A DNA stretch of 64,000 nucleotides from Heptranchias perlo (taxonomy: Eukaryota), in contig NC_090338.1 in the NCBI RefSeq assembly GCF_035084215.1, positions 9,362,001-9,426,000 on the forward strand, written 5' to 3'. The position numbers and the translations under genes are program-made. The notes under the pieces are model-generated. The model did not search any database. It worked only from the letters and a program-made list of their open reading frames with translations, and had not been told where the DNA came from. How positions within the stretch are numbered: the stretch's first letter is position 1; each line of letters starts with the position of its first letter. Shown here in pieces: positions 50,045 through 62,773 of the stretch.

Positions 50045-50519
50045 GTGAGGTGCTTCTGAAAACAAAAACACTTTTGAGTTTGATTTAGATGTACAGACAT
50101 CCGCTGAAGTATTGGAACACAAGGTTCCGTCTTTGTCTAGTGATGGCCGAGAAATCATAGATATAATTAAAAGTCCCACATCTGAACTTAGTTGAAGTGC
50201 CAAGGTTCATTGTGCAGAATAGCAACAATGTGAAAAGTATAGGTGAAAAGATGAGATATGTTAAGTATTGGCTAAAGGACGCCAAGTTTGGGTTATCGTA
50301 GATTACAATAGCAAAGAGGCTGAAAAAAATCAAGGCATTCCGCACTTTTGAAGTTCTACGGCAGAATGAGGCAGAATAGGAGAGGGTGCGATTGGCCTTT
50401 ATTCGGGGAGAAAACGAATGGGTAGATACATACTTCAAGTTAAGGAGAAGCAAGAAAACAATCTGAGCACTAAAATAAGGACAGTACTATGGATACGGTT
50501 AATTGAAGAGTTGTGATGA

Positions 50520-51437
50520 ACATAAAACATTGGAAAATAGGAACAGGAGGCCATTCAAGGTCCTGCACCCCCCCCCCTCCCCACCCACCACCCCTTTGCC
50601 TATTCCGCCTTTCAATTAGATCATGGCTGAGCTGAATCTTAACTTCATCTATCTGCCGCGTAATATACTTTGCCAAACAAAATTATATCAATATTAGCTT
50701 TTAAATTTTCAATTGACCTAGCCTCAACAGGTTTTTGGGGGAGAGAGTTGCAGATTTCCACTATCCTTTGTGTGAATAAGTGCTTTCTGACATCACCCCT
50801 GAACGGCCTAACTCTAACTTTAATGTTATGCCCCCATGTTCTGGCCTCTCCCACCAGGGGAAATAGTTTCTCTCTGTGTACCCTTTCAAATCTTTCAATC
50901 ATCTTAAACACTTCAATTAGATGACCCCTTGAACTTCTATATTCAAGGAAATACAAGCTTAGTCTATGGAACCTGTCTTCGTAATTTAACCATGTTCGCC
51001 CCAGTATTCTGGTCAATCTGCACTGCACTCCCTCCAATGCCAGTAGATCCTTCCCGAGGTGCAGTGCCCAAAACAGAATGCAATACTCCAGATGGGGACT
51101 AACCAGAACTCTGAACAGCTGTAACTTAGCTTCCACCCCTTTCTATTCCAGCCCTCTTGAAATAAAGGCCAACATTCCATTAGCCTTTTTAATTATTTTG
51201 TGAACCTGTCCACTAGCCTTTGGTGATTTCTGTACTTGTACTCCCTGAATCTCTCTGCTCATCTACTGTTTCTAGCTTCTCACCATTTAGAAAATACTCT
51301 GATCTATCTTAGTTCCAACGTGGATGAACTCATACTTTCTCACATTGAACTCCATCTGCCACAGTTTTGTCCATTCAGTGTCCATTTGCAACTTTCTGCT
51401 CCCATCTACACTGCTGTGCCACCTAACTTAGTGTCTA
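50520..51437 (-). mobile_element. CR1 3' fragment (paralogue of 41138-43040)
   Basis: ORF 50645-51136 (SPHLEYCILFW..RGHLIEVFK..FTQRIVEI.NSLP). Confidence 0.82.
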
Positions 51438-51725
51438 TAGAGATTATAGAGAGAAGAAGAACGGTTTGAGGCAAGTAGTGAGAGAAGGATCACCAATCAG
51501 CTTTTTGCGATGAATATTGAGTTGTCCCTGAGGATGCGTTTTTATTCATTCACAATTATTTTTTTTTGAATTCTTTAAGTAGCTTCTCAGCACCATGCGA
51601 ACGTGCCCACACACGATCTGGCAGTATTTTGTTGCACTACTACATATAAAAAGTCAGGAAGTAATGGAGGAAAATAGTGATTAAATGCATTACTGCCACA
51701 AAAGCATAGTTAAGGATGGATTTAT

Positions 51726-53060
51726 ATAGAATTGCATAGAATGTGCAGCACAGAAACAGGCCCTTTCGCCCAACAGGTCCGTGAAGGCGTTTTTTCATGC
51801 TCCATACGAGCCTCCTCCCTCCCTACTTATTCTAACCCTATCAGCATATCCTTCAATTCCTTTCTCCCTCGTATGTTTATTTAGCTTCCGCTTAAATGCG
51901 TCCACACTAGTCACCACAACTACTCAGTGTGGTAGCGAGTTCCACATTCTAACCACTCTCTGGGTAAAGAACTTTCTCCTGAATTCCATATTGGATTTAT
52001 TAGTAACGATCTTATATTTATGGCCGCTAGTTCTGGTCTCCCCCTCAAGTGGAAACATCTTCTCTACAGCGAAACTATCAAACCCTTCCATAATCTTCAA
52101 GACCTATATCAGGTCACCGCTCAGTCTTCTCTTTTCTAGAAAAAGAACCCCAGCCTGCTCAATCTTTCCTGACAGGTATAACTGCTCAGTTCTAGTATCA
52201 TCCTAGTAAACTTTTTTGCACCTTCTCCAGTCCCTCTATATCCTTTTATAACATGGAGACCATAACTGTTCACAGTACTCCAAGTGGAGTCTAACCAGGG
52301 TTATATACAAGTTTAACATAACTTCTCTGCTTTTCAGTTCTATCCCTCTAGAAATGAACCCCAGAGCTTGGTTGGCTTTTTTAATGGCCTTGTTAACCTA
52401 CTACACTACTTTTAGTGATCTGTGTGTCTGTACCCCCAGATCCCTCTGCTCCTCTACCCCATTTAGACTCTTCTTAGCCAAGCAGTATGTGGCCCCCTTA
52501 TTCTTCCTACCAAAATGTAATACCTCACACTTATCTATATTGAAATTCATCTGCTAATTACATGCTCATTCTGCAAGCTTATTAATATCTTCCAGTATTT
52601 TGTCGCAGTGCTCCTTGGTACTAACCATACTTCCAAATTTTGTGTTGTCTGCAAATTTTGAAATTGTACTTCTAATTCCTAATTTCAAATCATTTATGTA
52701 AATGGTGAACAACAGTGGTCACAGCACTGATCCTTGTGGAACACCACTTCCCACCTTTTGCCAGCCTGAATAACTACCTTTAACCCATACTCTCTTTTCT
52801 GTTTTGTAGCCAGCCTGCTATCCATTCTGCTACCTGTCCTCTGACTCCACATGATCTGGCCTTAGCCATGAGTCTATCTTGCGGTACATTATCAATAGCC
52901 TTTTCAAAATCCAAATATATTACATCTACCGCAATACCCTTGTCTACAGTTTATGTTACTTCTTCATAGAATTCAATAAGGCTGGTCAAGCATGACCTTC
53001 CCTTTTGGAATCCGTGCTGACGATTCTTTATTATATTTTCGGTTTCTATATATTTTCTAT
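51726..53060 (-). mobile_element. CR1-type LINE 3' fragment, ~1.3 kb
   Basis: ORF 52951-53145 (QHGFQKGRSCLTSLIEFYEEVT); reverse GVPQGSVL / FADNTK; tail at 51726-51780. Confidence 0.82.
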
Positions 53061-53979
53061 TACGTATTAGTTCATTGCTGATTTTACTCAACGTATAGTG
53101 AGAACTAGATTCATATTCGATGTTGGCAGAAATTGTATCAAACATTTCTCCTAATCATTTGTATTGAATTCTGAAAGAAGTACAAATAATGCTATTGATT
53201 TGAACTTTATTGGTGATTTGCGTGCTGGGAGCAGAGTGATGTTAGCATTGGATAATTGAACAGTTTTCCATTGCAAGCAAAGCTATTGTGGAGCAGTCCC
53301 AGGTCAGACATAGCACAATTTAAATGCACAGTGAAGCTCCTCTTGTTTGTTTCAAAACGTGACTCAACCTCGTCGTCAATGCACTGTTCCGTAGCACCAG
53401 TACGATGTTTCACATTAACAAACTAGGCTTGGTCCATCTGAGTGAGCTTGTCAAATGAGTGACAAATTAGAGGCAGCATTGTGGAGTGGGACCACGCCCA
53501 CTGCTAACTGAGCTTAGTCTGCCCAAACTCATTTAACATAGAACTCTTACATCCGGAAGAGAGAAAAGACATTCATCCCAACAATCTCGATTGGACTATC
53601 ATCTATGCCCTAAAAGGCAAAGTGTTAAATACACGGTGCCATCTATTCCCTAATGTTGGTGTCATCGGCAGCCAACAGTGGCACAACTGTTCACTGTCGC
53701 GGAACAACAATGATGCCAAGCATAATATTAACACGATTTTAGATGTAATCTGCGGAGCACACACGAAATGAAATGGGTTGACTGAATTAAGACGTGTAAT
53801 TTTAAAATGTCTGTTTGCAGTGTGTTCTTTCATGGTGAATTTTGGAAAATTTACTCTGATACTATACTTGAAGAATAGCTGAGTACAGGATAGGAAAGTC
53901 CAAAGTAATAAAATAAAAGATTGCTTGAATTTTTGATTAGACAACAATAAATGTGGACAAAGGAATGCAAAGACGTTAT

Positions 53980-54061
53980 AGCTATAAGAGATGCAAAGTA
54001 TCGTCATTGGTTCAATTTGAGGTATTATGTTTCTCAATCAGAAGCTGAAATGTGACTGGAG
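53980..54061 (+). promoter_or_regulatory. Promoter cassette of pseudogene P4, split by a CR1 insertion
   Basis: CTATAAGAGAT 53982, ATTGG 54006, TCAAT (broken CCAAT) 54034, GACTGGAG then insertion; resumes tccatgacaacccg at 55777. Confidence 0.68.
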
Positions 54062-55776
54062 TTTGGACAAACACTGGACAAACAGGGGGCTCTAGGCGGG
54101 GAGGAGCTAAATACGATTAAAATCACAAAGGAATTGGTACTCAGTAAAATAATGGGACTCAAGGCGGATAAATCCCCTGGACCTGATGGCTTACATCCTA
54201 GGGTCTTGAGGGAAGTGGCAGTAGGGATTGTGGATGCTTTGGTAATAATTTTCCAAAATTCTCTGGACTCGGCAAAGGTCCCGGCAGATTGGAAAACTGC
54301 TAATGTAACACCCTTATTTAAAAAGGGTAGTAGGCAGAAGGCTGGAAATTATAGACCAGTTAGCCTAACATCTGTGGTGGGTAAAATTTTGGAATCTATT
54401 ATCAAGGAGACAGTAGCGGAACATTTGGATAAACATAATTTAATAGGACAAAGTCAGCATGGCTTTACGAAGGGGAAGTCATGTCTGACAAATTTGCTTG
54501 AGTTCTTTGAGGACATAACGTGCAGGGTGGATAAAGGGGAACCAGTGGACGTAGTGTATTTAGACTTCCCGAAGGCATTCGACAAGGTGCCACATAAAAG
54601 ATTATTGCTCAAGATAAAGAATCACTGGATTGGGGGTAATATTCTGGCATGGGTGGAGGATTGGTTATCTAACAGGAAGCAGAGAGTTGGCATAAACGGT
54701 TCATTCTCGGACTGGCAACCAGTAGCCAGTGGTGTTCCGCAGGGATTGGTGCTGGGTCCCCAACTCTTTACAATCTATATTAACGATTTGGAGGAGGGGA
54801 CCGAGTGTAACATATCAAAGTTTGCAGATGATACAAAGATGGGAGGGAAAGTGGAGAGTGAGGAGGACATAAAAAACCTACAGGGGGATATAGACAGGCT
54901 GGGTGAGTGGGCGGAGATTTGGCAGATGCAATATAATATTGGAAAATGTGAGGTTATGCACTTTGGCAGGAAAAATCAGAGAGCAAGTTATTATCTTAAA
55001 GGCTAGAAACTGGAAAGTACTGCAGTACAAAGGGATCTGGGGGTCCTAGTGCAAGAAGATCAAAAAGTTAGTATGCAGGTGCAGCAGGTGATCAAGAAGG
55101 CCAACGGAATGTTGGCTTTTATTGCTAGGGGGATAGAATATAAAAACAGGGAGGTATTGCTGCAGTTATATAAGGTATTGGTGAGATTGCACCTGGAAAA
55201 CTGCATACAGTTTTGGTCTCCATACTAAAGAAAAGACATACTTGCTCTCGAGGCAGTACAAAGAAGGTTCACTCGGTTAATCCCGGGGATGAGAGGGCGG
55301 ACATATGAGGAGAGGTTGAGTAGATTGGGACTCTACTCATTGGAGTTCAGAAGAATGAGAGGCGATCTTATTGAAACATATAAGATTGTGAAGGGGCTTG
55401 ATCGGGTGGATGCGGTAAGGATGTTCCCAAGGATGGGTGAAACTAGAACGAGGGGGGCATAATCTTAGAATAAGGGGCTGCTCTTTCAAAACTGAGATGA
55501 GGAGAAACTTCTTCACTCAGAGGGTAGTAGGTCTGTGGAATTTGCTGCCCCAGGAAGCTGTGGAAGCTACATCATTAAATAAATTTAAAACGGAAATCGA
55601 CAGTTTCCTAGAAATATAGGGAATTAGGGGTTACGGGGAGCGGGCAGGAAATTGGACATTAATTTAGATTTGAGGTTAGGATCAGATCAGCCATGATCTT
55701 ATTGAATGGCGGAGCAGGCTCGAGGGGCCGATTGGCCTACTCCTGCTCATATTTCTTATGTTCTTATGTTCTTATG
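54062..55776 (+). mobile_element. CR1-type LINE, ~1.7 kb RT region, relatively young
   Basis: 290-aa ORF 54134-55006 (KSPGPDGLHP, NYRPVSLTS, QHGF, AFDKVPH, SGVPQG, FADDTK); tail (ttcttatg)3. Confidence 0.92.
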
Positions 55777-55989
55777 TCCATGACAACCCGGTTATGCCAC
55801 TAGCAGATACATTGCAAAACTAAATGGCGAGTTGCACAATGTTGTTAGTTTTTTTGTGTATGAATCTAAAGTCTCGGAGAAAATGAAAGAAATAATGATT
55901 TCAACAATCAAAACGTACAGGTATATTCAAACCAAGTCGCTCTTCTGAACAAAATTTAGACATGAACTTTATTCCAAGAAATTTCAGAA

Positions 55990-56550
55990 ATCTGTAATGG
56001 GCAGCAAGTGCACATACAAATCATGTTGGCGTGCAACTGAGCATCGCTATGAGACTTGCCACACCAACACCGACGGTCTAGCTCCATATCCTCCTACATA
56101 GCTCGCCATCACCTCTCAGAAAAGAAACAGCAATAACTAGAGAATACAATCGGGACCTAGCAAAGTCAAAGCTGCCTATTAATGAAGGTCTGGACTTGCC
56201 ACCTTAAGTCCAAGCATCCCTTTTGCTTAGCGGCTGAAACACTCAATGCTTCAGAACTCTTACCTAAATACGTGTGGCGGAGGATGTGCGGAGCCAGCTG
56301 GGTCAAGAATTAGGAGCTGACCATGAACCGTGTGGATCAACAACCTGGCTTCACCTTGTCACGTAAAATATGGATCACTCCGAACTGCTTCGGAACTTCA
56401 TGTGGACTCTAAAACCATCTTCTTTATAAATAGCTGATGTTCCACTGTCGAGAGACCATCATAAACAATGGCGTATCTTGCGAGCCATTGCTCACTAAGA
56501 TGCTTCCTCGTAGGAATAGATTCAGATCACGATAGGCCATAGATTGTATG
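55990..56550 (+). mobile_element. Vingi/Ingi-like LINE fragment (duplicate of 44550-45100)
   Basis: Collinear with 44550-45100 (ggcgtgcaactgagcatcgctatgagact..ggcttcaccttgtcacgtaaaatatggatcactccg). Confidence 0.55.
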
Positions 56551-56659
56551 GCGAACTGGAACGTCGATATTTAATGTTGCTTTACCAGCTGAAATACGAA
56601 AGGAATAAGATTGAATGGTGGTTACCATACCGAAGCATTTGAAAGCCTGTTAGTTGGAA

Positions 56660-57500
56660 ATGGAATATTTTAAAATAAGTACATTACCAAAATGAAAACT
56701 GCCATGGTTTATGCAGATTTGCCGCAAGTTGGTTTACGTACAGATTCGTTATTCGATTCCTGAAAAAATACAACTGGGTGCCTTTGTTGGGAATATTGCG
56801 GACAATTTGGGTTTAGATGCATGATAGCTCTCAGCTCGCATTTTTCGGATTGTGTATTATCCGGGAAAACATCATCTGGATGCAAATTTAAACAATGGAA
56901 TGCTGTTTGTGAAGTAATTGCTTTGTGGGCAGAGCATCACTTGCATATTGCATTAAAAGAATGTGAATGAAAAGCCCCTCAGTCCCTGATGAACCAATGT
57001 GGATATTCTACATGTAATTGACAATTCTCCGACTTTCCCAAAGAGCCAGTTCTATCTGGAAATCTCACAGTTAGTTGCACCAGAGGCGCGCTTCACCCTT
57101 AACTTTGTGTGCAAGTTCCGGACGTTGGAAGCAATTCCCTACGAGCTTGTTCTGAACGATTATTTCATTCCAAAGACACAAACCCGGAGTGCCGATGGGA
57201 AGTTTTCTGCCTTTGTGCTAGAAAACTCCTTCGAAAGAGAAAGATAGTAGAACCACAAGTTAGTCCTAATCACCACAGACTGTGGAGTCCCTAAAAGATC
57301 TGGAACAGCTTAGATAACAGTCGTATTACATGACGTCAAAAACAAGGCGCCTTTGTTTCCTGAGTCCGTTTACACGGTCGGCTCGTTAGACGACTCACCC
57401 AACTGGTAATCAAACTAAACGCTCCTGACTTGGGCGATGGTTCCAATCGAGAGGTAGTGTACTTCTTCTGCAGCCATACATCTGCTAGAGAGTGTGAGCT
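56660..57500 (+). pseudogene. 3'-truncated cPcdh variable exon P4 (duplicate of P3)
   Basis: cagattcgttattcgattcctgaa..gggtgcctttgttgggaatattgcg; ORF 56999-57247; same lesions and same truncation point as P3. Confidence 0.85.
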
Positions 57501-58239
57501 AGCAACATAGGGACATAAATAAGCCGTTCAGTCCCTCTAACCTGCTCCGTCATTCAATTAGATCATGGCTGATCTGTAACTCAACTCCAAATACCCGACT
57601 GAGCTCCACATCCTTTGATACCCTTACCCAACTGAAATTTATTGGCACCAGGATTAAAAGCTACAATTGTCCCAGCATCCACAGCCTTTTGGGGAGGGAA
57701 TTCCAGATTTGTACGACCGTTTATTTGAAAAAGTGATTCTAGATTTCCCTTCTAAATGGCCTAGCTTTCATTTTAAGATTCTGTACACGTTAGCATAAGT
57801 TGTACTAGTCCCTTAGCGGTCTTGTTCCACCTAGTTACTATTATTGGGTGAAGGGAGATCGTCATAACAATAACAGTTAATATTTTAATCATGCAAGAAA
57901 TATTAATAACGGTTCCAATAAGTGAGCGTTAATATTACGATTACTGCGAAGTGCAGTGAAGTTGTCAACAATAGCATTAAATTGGAGTTGATGTATCTGA
58001 TTCTAACTTTCAGCAGCACATTTAAGGTTTTATCAAGTCCTAACTTATGAAGCACGAAATGAAGTGTATTTTAGGATTTTGTGGATAGTTTAACCGAATG
58101 ATATACGCTTTGTGCTGATATTACAGAATATATTAACGAAGAAATATCATCCACTCAAATTTTAAAAACATTCTTGAGTTGCATTTTTGATTGAACAACC
58201 AAAAATGTGAAATCGACGCAGTGATTTTCCAAGACATTC

Positions 58240-58350
58240 TAGCTTTAAGAAATGCTCAGAAGCCTGATTGGTTGAATGTGATTCTGTCTCCATCCACCAA
58301 TCAGAAGCTGCAATGTGACTGGAGATCCTGACTGGCCCCTTCCCTTCCCA
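58240..58350 (+). promoter_or_regulatory. cPcdh promoter cassette (V7)
   Basis: CTTTAAGAAAT 58243, ATTGG 58267, CCAAT 58297, GACTGGAGATCC 58317. Confidence 0.78.
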
Positions 58351-58612
58351 TCCACCATTGCGCACGTTCAGCCACAGTTCAGTGTTGAACAGCGGGCCGC
58401 ACAGCATCGTAAGCGGTTTTGCATTCGAACCCAATGGTGATTTTTCGCAGAAATAAGAAGGTCCGTCAGAAATAATCTCAAGATTTTTAAACCCACAGGT
58501 ACTTTTGTTTGTCTGCCACTTCTAATAGGGAAAATATATTAATAACTTAATTCGAAGGAATTATCGAACCAAGCTCTCGCGCTGAAAAACATTGGGATGC
58601 TTTGTGCTGGAA

Positions 58613-61051
58613 ATGAGATATTATAAACGACACTGGCTGTTAAAATGGTCTCTGTTGTACTCCGTGTTCTCGTTTTGGGATCTAATTTCTGGACAGATTC
58701 GTTATTCAATTCCTGAAGAGCTGCAACTAGGTGCCTTTGTTGGGAATATCGCTGAGGATTTGGGTTTAGACGTGAAGGAGCTCAAAGCTCGCAGTTTTCG
58801 GATTGTGCCTGGTCCCTCAACGCAGTATTTCGACGTGAATTTCAACAATGGCAATTTATTTCTAAAGGAAAAGCTTGACAGGGAACAGCTCTGTGGGCCG
58901 AGTGCGACGTGTGTGTTACCTTTAGAAACAGTGATCGAGAATCCTTTTAGCCTGTACGATGCTGAAGTGGAGATTCTGGATGTAAATGACAATGCTCCTA
59001 CTTTTCCAGAAAGCCAGTTCCGCCTTGAAATCTCAGAGGTGGCCGCACAAGGAACCCGCTATGCTCTTGAGTGCGCGCACGACCCAGACGTAGGAACCAA
59101 CTCCCTGCAATCGTACCAGTTAGTTGCAAACGAATACTTCGCTTTAAATGTTGAGAGCCGAAATGGGAATGCAGACATGCCAGTATTAGTTTTGGAAAGG
59201 CCACTGGATAGAGAAAAGGCATCTAGTCACAGATTAGTGCTAATTGCCAAAGACGGCGGGGTCCCTGAGCGGTCCGGAACAGCTCAGATAATAATCAGAG
59301 TACAAGATGCCAATGACAACAGGCCTGTGTTCGCCCAGTCAGTTTATAGGGTCAATGTGATGGAAAATACAGCCAAAGGAACATTGGTGATCAAGCTAAA
59401 TGCCACTGATTTGGATGATAGTTCCAATGGAGAGATTGTGTACACTTTCAGTAGTCATACTTCCGTTAGAGTCCGTGAGCTGTTTGGTCTGGATTCCAAA
59501 ACTGGTGAAATCAGAGTCAAGGGAAATTTAGATTATGAAGAGAACAGTGTTGTTGAGATAAATGTACAAGCAATGGACAAGGGACCTTCTGCAATTCCTG
59601 CTTATTGTCATGTGCTGGTTCAGATTGAGGATATAAATGATAACGCCCCTGAGGTGAAGGTTTCTACCCTGTTCAGTCCGGTTCCCGAAGACTCTGTGCC
59701 CGGGACGGTGGTGGCTCTAATCAGTGCAACAGACAAAGATTCAGGAGAAAATGGGCTGGTCGAATGTCATGTGACAAATAACCTTCCTTTTCAATTGGAT
59801 TCATCCTCCAAGAAATACTTAACATTGCGTACACAACAGGTACTTGATCGTGAAAATATTTCGAGCTACGAAGTCACTGTCCTCTGCAGTGATTCAGGGT
59901 CTCCTCCTCTTATATCCAAAAAAGTCATCCTGGTTGAGATTTCGGATATAAATGATAACGCGCCGCGCTTTGCACAGCCTTTATATACAGCTTACGTGAT
60001 GGAGAACAATGCTATTGGAGCGTCAATCTTTTCAATGACAGCTTTTGATCCAGATTTAAACCAGAACTCGCGGCTAAACTATTCTATCACGACCGCTCAG
60101 GTTCAGGGCGAGTCAGTGTTCAATTATGTCTACATCCAATCAGAAAAGGGAATCATATTTTCCCAAAGATCCTTTGACTACGAGAGACTCAAAAACTTTC
60201 AGATCCAAGTTAAGGTCCAGGACTCTGGAGTCCCACCACTCTCCAGTAACGTCTCAGTGGAGGTAATTATCCTTGATCAGAATGACAATGCTCCGGTGAT
60301 CGTGCATCCAACGCCCGAGTATGGATCTACAGTAACAGAGACAGTATCTCGATTCGCAGAACCGGGCTATCTAGTTGCCCTGGTGTCGGCTACTGATGCC
60401 GATTCTGGCCAGAATGCTCGCCTCTCCTACCAGATTCTGAAGTCTACTGACCCTGGACTTTTTACTATTTCAGTGGATACTGGCGAAATCTGGACAATCC
60501 GAGGGATTAGGAGGAAAGATAGCACGAAGCAAAGATTGATTATCGGAGCAAAGGACAATGGTTCACCGCCGCTTTCAGCTACAATGACAATCATCTTATC
60601 ACTGACAGACGGTGATACAGAATTACTTTCTGACGTGAGTAGTTTGTCTGAGGATCCTAAGACCTTTGGTGACATTAGCCTTTACTTAGTCATATCGTTA
60701 GGGATCACCTCATCTATCTTTTTCATCGTTTTAATTATGTTCGCCATTAAGGTTCATAAAAACAGAAACCGCTTTGGTTATCTGGACACGTGTTGTTGCT
60801 TCGAAGCACAAAATTCGTTGAATGGAATTCAAAAAGCCAGCAAAAACCTTGAAATAGTTCCGAACTATGTGGATGTATTTGGGGGCGATCCACTGTCTCA
60901 AAGTTTCCGCTATGAGACGTGTTCCACTGCGGGTACTGCGAAGAGAGACGCTATGTTCCCTAACTTGTACAGTTCATCTTCACACAAGAATAACGTCACG
61001 AGAGGGAATGAAGAAATTCTCCGGAATTCCAATTGCACTGTCAACAGTGAG
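58613..61051 (+). CDS. Clustered protocadherin variable exon V7; unspliced frame stops at 61084
   Basis: 830-aa ORF, close paralogue of V5/V6; ATG 58613; donor GAG|GTGAGG. Confidence 0.94.
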
Positions 61052-62536
61052 GTGAGGCGCTTTTGGAAACAAAAGCACTTTTGAGTTTGAATTGGATGTA
61101 CAGACATCCTCTGACATATCGGGGCTCATGTTTTCATGTTTGGCTAGTTGATGGCAGAAGCATGCAGGTATGAGTAAAATTCCCACATCTGAACTTATTT
61201 TGCTATTTCTGTCCCTAACATTTATGCCTAAACGAGGCACCTTTCGAGTTTTAAATTGACAAGACTAGGGGAAGTTTCATGATCATCGTGCAGAATAGTA
61301 ACCATGTGCAAAGTATAGTTGAAATGAAGAGATAATTCAAATATTGGCTAAAAGACATGAAGATTGGGTTATTGTAGATTGCAACAGCAAAGAGACTGAA
61401 ATAAGACATTCCACAAATTTGAAGTTCTACGGTGAATGAGATAGAATAGGAGGCGGTGAAATTATTCTGAATTCGGGGAGAAAAACGAATGGGTAGATTC
61501 ATACTTGATGTTTAGGAGAAGCAAGAAAATTTCACAGCACTAAAATAAGCACTGTACTATGGATAAGGTTGATAGAAAAGTTGTGATGAACATTGAAACA
61601 TAGGAACATAGGAACAGGAGAAGGCCATTCAGCCGCTTGACCCTGTTCCGCCATTCAATTAGATCATGGCTGATCTGTATCTTATCTTCATTTACCCGCC
61701 TTGGTTCCGTAGCCCTTAATGCCCTTGGTGAACAAAAATCTATCAATCTCAGTTTTGAAATTTTCAATTGACCTAGCCTCAACAGCTTTTTTGGGGAGAG
61801 AATTCCAGATTTCCACGATCCTTTGTGTGAAGAAGTGCTATCTGACATTACCCCTGAACGGCCTAGCTCTAATTTTAGGTTATGCCCCCTTGTTCTGGAC
61901 TCTCCCACCAGAGGAAATAGTTTCTCTCTATCTACCCTTTCAATCCTTTTAATCATCTTTAGTACTTCAATTCGACCATCCCTTAATCTTCTATATCCAA
62001 GGGAATACCAGCCTATCCTGTGCAACCTATTCCCATATGTTAACTATTTTAGCCCCGGTAGCATTCTGGTCAATCTGCGCTGCACCCTCTCCAAGGCCAA
62101 TATATATTTCCTGAGGTCCGCTGCCCAGATTTGAATACAATATACCAGATAGGGTTTAACCAGAGCTCTTTACAGCTGTAACATAACTTCCACTCCTTTG
62201 TATTCCAGCCCTCTTAAGATAAGGGTCAACATTCCATTAGCCTTTTAAATTATTTTTGGTACCTGTCCACTAGCTTTTAGTGATTTCTGTACTTGGACCC
62301 CTAAATCTCTCTGCTCATCCACAGTTCCCAGCTTCTCGCCATTTAGAAAATACTTCGATCTATCTTTCTTAGGTCCAAAGTGGATGACCTCACATTTTCT
62401 CACATTGAGCTCTGTTTCTATGCTGTACATTCTATGTTATCTATGCAATTCTATGAACTGCATGTGCCACAGTTTTGCCGACTCAGTTAATCTATCAATG
62501 TCTCTTTGCAACTTTCTGCTCCCACCTACATTATTT

Positions 62537-62773
62537 GCTCAAAAGCAAAATACTGTGGATGCGAGAAATCTGAAACAAAAACAGAAAATGCTGGTAAAGC
62601 TCAGCAAGTGAGGCAGCATCTGTGGAGAAAGAAACAGAGTTAATGTTTCAGGTCGAAGACCTTTCGTCAGAACTCGAGTTCTGACGGGACTTCGACCTGA
62701 AACATTAACTCTGTTTCTTTCTCCACAGATGCTGCCTCACTTGCTGAGCTTTTCCAGCATTTTCTATTTTTAT
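62537..62773. mobile_element. Palindromic Penelope-type non-autonomous insertion with 10-bp TSD
   Basis: ~95-bp arms (62577-62675 / 62676-62771) centred on cgtcagaactc|gagttctgacg; TACATTATTT at 62527-62536 and 62774-62783; absent at the paralogous sites near 43010 and 51410. Confidence 0.75.
62637..62675 (-). ncRNA. Minimal type-I hammerhead ribozyme motif (putative)
   Basis: Minus strand: GAGUU-CUGACGA-A-AGGUC-UUC-GACCU-GAAA-CAUU-AACUC; conserved core, 5-bp stem II, 5-bp stem I, vestigial stem III. Confidence 0.5.

Noticed and set aside
50567-50594. C-rich tract (G-quadruplex potential on the minus strand)
   Set aside because: Lies within a CR1 tail and is absent from the two paralogous copies; most likely slippage
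54134-55006. Long RT ORFs (also 21299-22267, 8451-9275) as possible domesticated genes or an RT-based diversification system
   Set aside because: All are 5'-truncated CR1 copies with 3' microsatellite tails, nearby stops or frameshifts and mixed orientations; no template/variable repeat pair
1643-60675. Recurrent minus-strand ORFs inside the Pcdh exons (e.g. 34233-34538, 38223-38513, 47677-47967, 58702-58992, 'MSFTSRIST..')
   Set aside because: They are antisense shadows of conserved cadherin codons and recur only because the sense exons are paralogous; no independent evidence of coding
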